Of a stretch of DNA of 64,000 nt, positions 56,936 through 64,000 are shown piece by piece. The notes beneath the pieces were generated by a model, which was given only the letters and a program-made list of their open reading frames with translations, searched no databases and was not told where the DNA came from. Location: positions 9,562 to 73,561 of the forward strand of contig LBPS01000002.1 of NCBI GenBank assembly GCA_000990325.1, given 5' to 3'. Numbering within the stretch: position 1 is the stretch's first letter; each line of letters opens with the position of its first letter. This DNA comes from Candidatus Nomurabacteria bacterium GW2011_GWE2_34_25. Its GTDB lineage: Bacteria > Patescibacteriota > Minisyncoccia > Phycocordibacterales > UBA9973. Made by a program: the position numbers and the translations under genes.

Positions 56936-57074
56936 TAGAATATCCTCTCTTTCTTTGTTTTTAGTAACTTTCTATGAAATCTTATACCAATAAAGGGTTT
57001 TATACAAGTACTCAAAATTTGCTTATTTATGTTAATATATAGATATATAAATAACTAATAGTTAATCATTTTTT

Positions 57075-58379
57075 ATGAAATTATACTATGGTGAAGAAAC
57101 TAAAAAAGCCTTAAAGAATTTCCCTTTTTCAAGGAATAAGACAAGGATGGAATTTATTTGGGCGATTACGAAGATCAAGAAAGCCGGAGCTGTAGCTAAT
57201 TATAAAGCTGGGAATATAAATAGAGAAGTCAGGGATGCTATCATCAAGGCTTGTAATGAAATATTAAAAGGGGGATATGAAAGCCAGTTCCCATTATCTA
57301 GCTTGCAGGGTGGCGCGGGAACGGCTAGCCATACGAATGTCAATGAAGTAATTGCAGGTATGGCAACAGAGTCTTTGAAAAATAAAGTCAAAGTTCATCC
57401 AAATGATCATGTGAATGCTAGTCAATCGACGAACGATGTCAATCCTTCAGCTCTGAAAATTTCTATTTATGATTTATTAAAAAATTTAAATTTAAATTTA
57501 TCTTCACTTATAAAATCTTTTCAAAAAAAATCACAAGAATTCAAAAATATAAATAAACTTGGTCGGACACATTTGCAAGATGCTGTGCCGACAACTCTGG
57601 GTCAAGAATTTTTGGTCTATACTGATAATTTAAAAAGACATCTAATAGAGATAAAGAGAGTAGAGGGTTTGTGTCTAACTTTAAACTTAGGTGGAACTGC
57701 TATTGGAAATTCTATCAATGCCAACCCTGTTTATATCAAAGAAGTTTATAAAGAATTAAATATTATAACAGGCGCTAAATTTACGAAAGCCAATAATCTA
57801 ATGGCCAAGACTAGTGGACAAACTGACTTCCTGATTATTTCTCAGATGATTACAGCCCTATGTGTTGATCTTTCAAAGATTGCCAATGATTTCAAGTTTA
57901 TGGCTTCTGGTCCCCGTGGAGGGATAGGTGAAATAATTTTGCCAGAATTACAAAAAGGATCAACAATTATGCCAGGAAAAGTAAATCCGGTGATGCCAGA
58001 GACTGTGAATCAGATGTATTATTTAGTTTCAGGAAATAATATTGCTATCGAGAAGGCTGTCGCTGGTGCCCAAATGGAGCTCGGTGTTATGTTGCCTGTT
58101 ATTGTAGATCTTCTAATAGAATCGATAACAATGACCTTGGAGGTAATTGGTCAATTTGATAAATTATGTGTCAGAGGACTAAGGGCTAATAAGGAAAATT
58201 GTAAATATCATCTAGAGAATGGGATGGCATATGCAACACTTCTCGTTCCTTATTTAGGTTATGATATTGTCGGAGAGATAGTCAAAAAATCTATTGCAAA
58301 TAATAAAACATTAAGAGAGATAGTGGTCGGAGAGAAATATCTAAAAGAAAGTGAATTTGATAAAATAATCGGATCTTAA
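57075..58379 (+). CDS. aspA: Aspartate ammonia-lyase (aspartase/fumarase family)
   Basis: QGGAGT, HPNDHVNASQSTND, GRTHLQDAVP, GSTIMPGKVNP. Confidence 0.85.
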   Translation: MKLYYGEETKKALKNFPFSRNKTRMEFIWAITKIKKAGAVANYKAGNINREVRDAIIKACNEILKGGYESQFPLSSLQGGAGTASHTNVNEVIAGMATESLKNKVKVHPNDHVNASQSTNDVNPSALKISIYDLLKNLNLNLSSLIKSFQKKSQEFKNINKLGRTHLQDAVPTTLGQEFLVYTDNLKRHLIEIKRVEGLCLTLNLGGTAIGNSINANPVYIKEVYKELNIITGAKFTKANNLMAKTSGQTDFLIISQMITALCVDLSKIANDFKFMASGPRGGIGEIILPELQKGSTIMPGKVNPVMPETVNQMYYLVSGNNIAIEKAVAGAQMELGVMLPVIVDLLIESITMTLEVIGQFDKLCVRGLRANKENCKYHLENGMAYATLLVPYLGYDIVGEIVKKSIANNKTLREIVVGEKYLKESEFDKIIGS

Positions 58380-58384
58380 TTTTT

Positions 58385-58410
58385 GAGATAAAAAAGAGTC
58401 ATTTTACGTA
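58385..58410 (+). promoter_or_regulatory. ECF-type autoregulatory promoter
   Basis: GAGATAAAA-N13-CGTA, repeated with identical spacing at 59735-59760. Confidence 0.6.
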
Positions 58411-58424
58411 ATAATACATAGATC

Positions 58425-59003
58425 ATGGTAAATATGGAATCCTGCGACAATAAAACAGATGAAGAACTAGTCGAATTGTCCTTAAAAGATTCCGACCACT
58501 TTTTTTGTTTATCCAAGAGATATGAAGAAAAGCTTTTAAAGTACATCGGAAGAATTTCAAAATTTAGCCGTGAAGATGCTGAAGATGTTCTCCAGGAGGT
58601 TTTTATTAAGACGTATTATAATTTAAATGGTTTTGATCCAGAGCTTAAATTTTCATCTTGGATATATCGAATAGCTCACAATGAGGCCGTCAGTGCGATA
58701 AGAAAAAAGGCTGTCAGGCCAACTATACATTTAGAAATCGGCGACTTGGAAAGATTTGGGGATGTTTTTGATATGGCGGGGGATATAGATAATTCTCTTG
58801 ATAGAAAAATGATAGATATTGCTCTATCTCATCTAGACGAAAAATATCGCGAGGTTTTAGTTTTACGATTTTTAGATGAAAAGGATTATGTTGAAATTGC
58901 TGATATCTTAAAGAAGCCTACTAGCACCATTGGAAATTTAATATCCAGAGGCAAGAAACTTTTTAAAGAAGAGTATGAAAAATTAATAGGAGTTAGCGTA
59001 TAG
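58425..59003 (+). CDS. ECF RNA polymerase sigma factor (SigW-like)
   Basis: TDEELV, AEDVLQEVFIK, FSSWIYRIAHN, EIADIL. Confidence 0.95.
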   Translation: MVNMESCDNKTDEELVELSLKDSDHFFCLSKRYEEKLLKYIGRISKFSREDAEDVLQEVFIKTYYNLNGFDPELKFSSWIYRIAHNEAVSAIRKKAVRPTIHLEIGDLERFGDVFDMAGDIDNSLDRKMIDIALSHLDEKYREVLVLRFLDEKDYVEIADILKKPTSTIGNLISRGKKLFKEEYEKLIGVSV

Positions 59004-59039
59004 TCGTCATAGTGAGTAAAATATTATTAAAAAAATAAC

Positions 59040-59741
59040 ATGGAGAATAGAAATATAAGTCAATTGGCACTAGAAAGAATAAAAGAAGAGGGGATAAAAC
59101 CGATCTCACGTAATATTTTTAGTATTAAGCGAGTACTTTTCTGGGTTTTAGTTGCTATCTCATTTATAATTGGAGCTCTTACTTTCTCTCTCATTTTATC
59201 AGCTTTGTTCAATAATGATTGGGATTTATATAATAAATTTGGATTTAGTTTTATATTTAGAACCTTGCCTTATTTTTGGTTAATTTCTTTAGCTGTTTTT
59301 ACTATTTTAGGAGAATATTATTATAGAAAAACATATTTAGGACATAGGCGTGGTTTTATTTTAATTATGGGTGTTTACTTGATATCCACAACTGTTTTTG
59401 GTTCTTTATTTTATTTAATTGGCACAGGTAGGTTCATAGAGCAGTCTTTAGAGAATGAAGCACCGATTTATCGTCATATTATGCTCAACAGATATGAAGT
59501 TTGGTCTCATCCAGAAGCTGGATTTCTCTCTGGTAAAATCATACGTGTTATGGGAGAGGAAATAGAAGTTATTGATTCCAATGGTTTTATTTGGATTATA
59601 AATATGCAAGATGTATATCTTCGAGGAAGGGTAGAAATAGAAACAGGTGAAAGAATAAAAATTATAGGTAGATGTCTTGAGACTATTTGTATTGCAGATG
59701 AGATACGGCCTTGGATAGGAATGAGAAAGATGATGAGATAA
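59040..59741 (+). CDS. Membrane protein, putative anti-sigma factor
   Basis: 3 TM segments plus a C-terminal OB-like domain; follows the ECF sigma. Confidence 0.75.
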   Translation: MENRNISQLALERIKEEGIKPISRNIFSIKRVLFWVLVAISFIIGALTFSLILSALFNNDWDLYNKFGFSFIFRTLPYFWLISLAVFTILGEYYYRKTYLGHRRGFILIMGVYLISTTVFGSLFYLIGTGRFIEQSLENEAPIYRHIMLNRYEVWSHPEAGFLSGKIIRVMGEEIEVIDSNGFIWIINMQDVYLRGRVEIETGERIKIIGRCLETICIADEIRPWIGMRKMMR

Positions 59742-59760
59742 AATACAAAGTCCTTGCGTA
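59735..59760 (+). promoter_or_regulatory. ECF-type promoter of the secreted protein gene
   Basis: GAGATAAAA-N13-CGTA. Confidence 0.6.
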
Positions 59761-59846
59761 TTATAAGTGTAGGTAATGACGATTGCTTACATTTACAAAT
59801 CTAAATTTAAATTATTTTGGAACACATAACAAAATAATAAAAACTA

Positions 59847-60266
59847 ATGAAAAATAGAAACAAATTGATAATGAGTGGATTATTGGCTTTGACATTAGGA
59901 TTGGGAGTTTCTGGTACAGCTTTCGCTTATCAAGGAGACTACACAAAAAAGGGACCAAACTATAGTCAAGAATTTGAATCAGATATGACTAGGGTTATGA
60001 CAAATAATGATTATGAAGGATGGAAAAATCTCGTCAAAAATAAAGTTGGAAGAGTAGATGAAGTCATAACCAAAGATAATTTCTCTAAATTCGCTCTAGC
60101 TTGGAGTCTTGCAAAAGAAGGGAAGATAAAGGAAGCCAATATTATTCGCAAGGAATTGGGACTAAGGACCTCAGACGGAGCAAGGAATGCAAATGGTATG
60201 GGTAGAGGAATGGGCAGAGGTCATGGCATGGGGAATAGAGCAGGTTTCCATCAAGTAAACAGTTAA
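59847..60266 (+). CDS. Secreted hypothetical protein with Gly/Met/Arg-rich tail
   Basis: Signal peptide ending AFA, IRKELGL, GMGRGMGRGHGMG. Confidence 0.8.
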   Translation: MKNRNKLIMSGLLALTLGLGVSGTAFAYQGDYTKKGPNYSQEFESDMTRVMTNNDYEGWKNLVKNKVGRVDEVITKDNFSKFALAWSLAKEGKIKEANIIRKELGLRTSDGARNANGMGRGMGRGHGMGNRAGFHQVNS

Positions 60267-60276
60267 TAAATAAACA

Positions 60277-60304
60277 AAATAAGGCCGTAAAACGGCCTTA
60301 TTTT
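60277..60304 (+). terminator. Rho-independent terminator
   Basis: AAAATAAGGCCGT-AAA-ACGGCCTTATTTT. Confidence 0.75.
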
Positions 60305-60367
60305 CGTCTGGGTTTAATTTTTATGATAATGGTATAATATACATTTAGGTGCAAAATATAATATATT

Positions 60368-61033
60368 ATGAATTTAAATATTAAAACAACTAAAGACATG
60401 AAGGAAGTTGCGGACTTTGTTGCCTCTTCTATTAATAAAAAATTAGAAGAGGGTAAAAAAGTTCTATGGTTTGTTTCTGGTGGTTCTGCTATTCCAATGG
60501 AAGTTCTTGTTGCAAAAAAAATTAAAGAAAAATTATCTGATAATTTAGTTGTAGCTTTAGTAGATGAGAGATATGGTCCTGTTGGTCACCCAGACTCTAA
60601 TTGGTTTAAATTAGAAATTGCAGGTTTTAAAATAAAAGGAGCTAAGATGATTCCTATTCTTATAAATAAAAATATGAAAGAAACGATAGAAAAGACAAAA
60701 GATATTATGACTCATGAATTAAATAAGGCAAAATACAAGATTGGAATATTTGGAATAGGTATAGATGGTCATACTGCTGGTATCTTGCCTCACACTATTG
60801 CTCTTAAAAGTAATGATATAATTTGTACTTACGATACAGACTTGCATAGTAGGATTACCATAACACCAAAGACAATAGAAAAGCTAGACGAGGCAATCCT
60901 TTATGCTATGGGAGAAAGTAAGTGGGCCTCTATAGAATTATTAAAAAAAGATATATCCATAGAAGATGAACCAGCTCAAATATTAAAAAAAGTTCCATTA
61001 TTAACAATTTTTACAGATTATAAAAAAATATGA
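60368..61033 (+). CDS. pgl: 6-phosphogluconolactonase
   Basis: SGGS, VDERY, DSNW, GIGIDGHTAGI; adjacent to gnd-zwf. Confidence 0.85.
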   Translation: MNLNIKTTKDMKEVADFVASSINKKLEEGKKVLWFVSGGSAIPMEVLVAKKIKEKLSDNLVVALVDERYGPVGHPDSNWFKLEIAGFKIKGAKMIPILINKNMKETIEKTKDIMTHELNKAKYKIGIFGIGIDGHTAGILPHTIALKSNDIICTYDTDLHSRITITPKTIEKLDEAILYAMGESKWASIELLKKDISIEDEPAQILKKVPLLTIFTDYKKI

Positions 61034-61932
61034 AAATAGCAATCTTTGGTTTAGGTAGAATGGGTTCGCAAATTGCTCGCAAGCTCCACGAAGGCGGGCA
61101 CGAGATCATTGCTGCCAATAGAAGTCGTGGGCCTGTCGATGAAATGAAAAATTTAGGTATGATGGTTGCTTATACTAAAGAAGAAGTTGTAAATTTATTT
61201 GGCGATGAACAAATAATCATTTGGTTAATGGTTCCCTCCGATGTTGTTGATAGTGAATTAGATATTTGGCTTGATTTAATTCCACGTCGCAGTATTTTGA
61301 TTGATGGTGGCAATTCTAAATGGAGTGATACAAGAGAGATGGCCAAGAAAGTTTTAAAGAAAGGCTCTCAATTGTTAGATATTGGAACTAGTGGGGGAGT
61401 TTGGGGTTATCAGAACGGTTTTTCGATGATGGTTGGGGGCGATAGTGCTTCCTTTGAAATTATCAAACCTTTCCTTGAAACATTGAAAGCTCCAACTGGA
61501 GATTATCAATATTTTGGAAATAATGGTAGTGGGCACTATGTCAAAATGGTACACAATGCCATCGAATACGGTATGATGGAAAGTCTAGCTGAAGGATATC
61601 GGCTTTTGAAAGAAGGTCCATATAAAGATTTAGATTTATATAAGGCTGGAGTTGTCTGGCAGAAGAGGAGTGTGATTACTTCTTGGTTAAATGAGCTCGT
61701 GAGAGATATAATGAAAGATAATCCCAATCAAGATGGAGTAGGAGGTGAGGTGGCCGAATCAGGTGAGGCTCGTTGGGCACTCGAGGTAGCCAAAGAGTTT
61801 AATATTGAAGCTCCTGCCATTCAATCTTCATTTGATGTCAGGCTTGATTCAGAGAAGGGGAAGGTTAATTTTGCCACTAAATTACTGGCTTCTATGCGTA
61901 ATGCTTTCGGTGGTCATAAAATAAATAATTAA
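61030..61932 (+). CDS. gnd: 6-phosphogluconate dehydrogenase, short form
   Basis: GLGRMG, IDGGN, DIGTSGG, GHYVKMVHNAIEYG, MRNAFGGH. Confidence 0.96.
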   Translation: MKIAIFGLGRMGSQIARKLHEGGHEIIAANRSRGPVDEMKNLGMMVAYTKEEVVNLFGDEQIIIWLMVPSDVVDSELDIWLDLIPRRSILIDGGNSKWSDTREMAKKVLKKGSQLLDIGTSGGVWGYQNGFSMMVGGDSASFEIIKPFLETLKAPTGDYQYFGNNGSGHYVKMVHNAIEYGMMESLAEGYRLLKEGPYKDLDLYKAGVVWQKRSVITSWLNELVRDIMKDNPNQDGVGGEVAESGEARWALEVAKEFNIEAPAIQSSFDVRLDSEKGKVNFATKLLASMRNAFGGHKINN

Positions 61933-61950
61933 TAAAAGATTTTAAATAGG

Positions 61951-63285
61951 ATGAAAAACGATCAACCCACAATTTTAATTATTATAGGTATCTCTGGAGA
62001 CTTGTCGAAGAGGAAGCTTCTTCCTGCTATTGGAGAAATAGCAAAAACTGGAATGATTCCCTCGCAATTTAAAATTGTAGGAGTTACTCGTCAGTCCAAT
62101 ATTAGTTTAGAAAATTTATTGAAACACACTATAAATAAAGATTATCTTTTAAAAAATACAGAATTATTCGAAATGAACCTAGAAAAAGAGGAAGATTATG
62201 AGAAATTAGGGAATCGTTTAGGAGAAATAGAAAAAGAATTTGGATCTTCTTCTCAATACTTATTTTATCTTTCTGTCCCTCCAAATACTTCAAAATCAAT
62301 TATTGAATTCTTGGGTAAGGGAGGTCTAGCAAGGAGAGACAATACTAAACTCCTACTTGAGAAACCCTTCGGTATTGATTTAGAGAGTGCCACACAATTA
62401 GTTGATCATATAGATAAATATTTTAAAAGGGAACAGATTTATCGTATTGATCACTATTTAGCCAAAGAGACAGCTCAGAATATTATTATTTTTCGGGAAG
62501 GGAATTCTCTGTTTAAGAAAACATGGAATAAAGATTTTATAGAAAAAATAGAGATCACAGTTAGTGAAGAAATTGGAATAGAAGGAAGATCAAATTTTTA
62601 TGAACAAACTGGGGCACTGCGAGATCTTATTCAGAGTCACTTGCTTCAATTGCTCGCTTTGACCCTAATGGATATACCTAAAGAAGGTCACCTAGAAGAA
62701 GTACCTCATCTACGTTATGAAGCCTTAAGGCAGATAAGAATTCCGTCTATTCCTTCATTGATAACGTATGTCAAGCGTGGTCAATATAAGGGTTATCGTG
62801 AAGAAGTAAACAATCTGGATAGCATGACTGAAACTTTTGCTTCTATTGATTTAGAATCTACTGATCCTAAATGGCAAGGAGTAAAAATAAATTTAACGAC
62901 AGGCAAAGCCCTCAAGGATAAATTTACAGAAATTAAAATTTTATACAAAAAAGACAATGACCATGAGTCAAATGAATTACTTCTAAGACTTCAGCCTGAT
63001 GAGGGGATATCTTTTTCTGTCTGGGCAAAGCGTCCAGGATATGAGCACCAAGTTAGTCGTCATGCTTTGAATTTTTCTTTTAAAGATCACTATACTGCAC
63101 TTCCAGAGGCTTATGAGCAGGTTCTTTTTAACGCTATCAATGGGGATCATAGTCTTTTCTCAACAAGTGAAGAAGTTGTTGAAACTTGGAGAATATTAGA
63201 TGAATTACAAAAGATTTGGGCTACTTCTGCTTATGATTTGATTATTTATAAGAAGGGGAGCACAATTGAAGAGATTATTAGTTAA
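61951..63285 (+). CDS. zwf: Glucose-6-phosphate 1-dehydrogenase
   Basis: GISGDLSKRKLLPA, EKPFG, YRIDHYLAKE, RDLIQSHLLQ. Confidence 0.97.
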   Translation: MKNDQPTILIIIGISGDLSKRKLLPAIGEIAKTGMIPSQFKIVGVTRQSNISLENLLKHTINKDYLLKNTELFEMNLEKEEDYEKLGNRLGEIEKEFGSSSQYLFYLSVPPNTSKSIIEFLGKGGLARRDNTKLLLEKPFGIDLESATQLVDHIDKYFKREQIYRIDHYLAKETAQNIIIFREGNSLFKKTWNKDFIEKIEITVSEEIGIEGRSNFYEQTGALRDLIQSHLLQLLALTLMDIPKEGHLEEVPHLRYEALRQIRIPSIPSLITYVKRGQYKGYREEVNNLDSMTETFASIDLESTDPKWQGVKINLTTGKALKDKFTEIKILYKKDNDHESNELLLRLQPDEGISFSVWAKRPGYEHQVSRHALNFSFKDHYTALPEAYEQVLFNAINGDHSLFSTSEEVVETWRILDELQKIWATSAYDLIIYKKGSTIEEIIS

Positions 63286-63295
63286 TTATTAAGGG

Positions 63296-63354
63296 CCATA
63301 GGTCGGACCTAGGGACACAATTTTTTAAAGAAAGACCCTAGGTCCGACCTATGG
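63296..63354. repeat. REPIN-like doublet of inverted REP palindromes
   Basis: CCATAGGTCGGACCTAGGG-N21-CCCTAGGTCCGACCTATGG, perfect 19-bp inverted repeat. Confidence 0.85.
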
Positions 63355-63365
63355 ATTAACAACAT

Positions 63366-63962
63366 ATGAATAAAAAAACATTAAATATTATATTTATAAT
63401 TATTATTTTAGTTCTAATGGGAATTGTTTTTTGGCAGTATAGAAACTCGAAATTAAAAAGAGATGATATTGTAGTTCCACCCGTAGATACTTTAACGAAC
63501 GATAGTATTGATAAAGTTGATGAGAAGAAAGTAGTTAATCCTCCGCCTCAAACATTTCCCAAGGTTACTGCTCCAGCTAAGGACGAAGAAGCACTGAGAA
63601 GTAAATTTACTTATGAAGTGCCAATAAGTAAAATATTAAATAAAAAATGGGAATGGGTAGAAGCTATCAATTACGATGAGAGTATTTTTATTCCTAAGAA
63701 AAGTAGTGTCTTTAGTTTAACTTTTAAAAAAGACGGTACATTCAGTGGCACAACCGATTGCAATGGTATTTTTGGAAAATACACAGTCAAGGATAGTAAA
63801 ATCACTCTTTCTTCTATTGGTCAGACGATGATGTATTGTGAAGGATCAGAAGAAATTAAATTTACGACTTATTTGAGTCAAGTGAACGGATTTATGTTTA
63901 ATGGAGAGGAAAATTTAGTTCTTGGATTAGAATTTGATTCCGGTTCTATGATTTTTAAATAA
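63366..63962 (+). CDS. META domain (HslJ-like) membrane-anchored protein
   Basis: N-terminal TM, FSGTTDCNGIFGKY, TMMYCE. Confidence 0.88.
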   Translation: MNKKTLNIIFIIIILVLMGIVFWQYRNSKLKRDDIVVPPVDTLTNDSIDKVDEKKVVNPPPQTFPKVTAPAKDEEALRSKFTYEVPISKILNKKWEWVEAINYDESIFIPKKSSVFSLTFKKDGTFSGTTDCNGIFGKYTVKDSKITLSSIGQTMMYCEGSEEIKFTTYLSQVNGFMFNGEENLVLGLEFDSGSMIFK

Positions 63963-64000
63963 AATGTTATAATGAAATTATTAATTAAATAAATAATTTA

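Overview
AT-rich bacterial chromosome segment. Gene content and style point to a Patescibacteria/CPR (Parcubacteria-like) genome using genetic code 11; this assignment is inferred from a type IV pilus locus without PilQ, a short RF2, many apparently leaderless genes and many small palindromic elements. In order it holds: tRNA-Ile(UAU), recG, mscL, divergent tRNA-Ser(ACU)/tRNA-Ser(GCU), eno followed by a 6S-like structured RNA, a Bacteroidota-like DksA, an ATP-grasp ligase, comF and a pilM-N-O-(P)-B-RR-T-C/pilin/pilD/minor-pilin locus, ligA, gatCA, a tRNA cluster with a DinD-DpnI islet, a dapL-dapA-dapB/asd-lysC diaminopimelate cluster, a RAYT-type Y1 transposase with REP-like palindromes, prfB, ftsEX, pyrG, a tRNA-Gln-anchored accessory region (GrpB, YdeN, NUDIX, cyclase, a broken aldo-keto reductase, dinB, MazG, small alarmone synthetase), two ECF sigma modules with readable cognate promoters, an ABC exporter, aspA and pgl-gnd-zwf. 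The most unusual signals are non-coding: tRNA-end duplications carrying a shared AACTGCTT-loop hairpin, rare anticodons (ACU, UAU), a dispersed AGG-N5-CCT palindrome family, and miniature inverted-repeat elements sitting at functional sites (a prepilin G|F cleavage codon, an ATGA stop/start overlap, and in frame within recG). All calls are by eye; no database searches were run.
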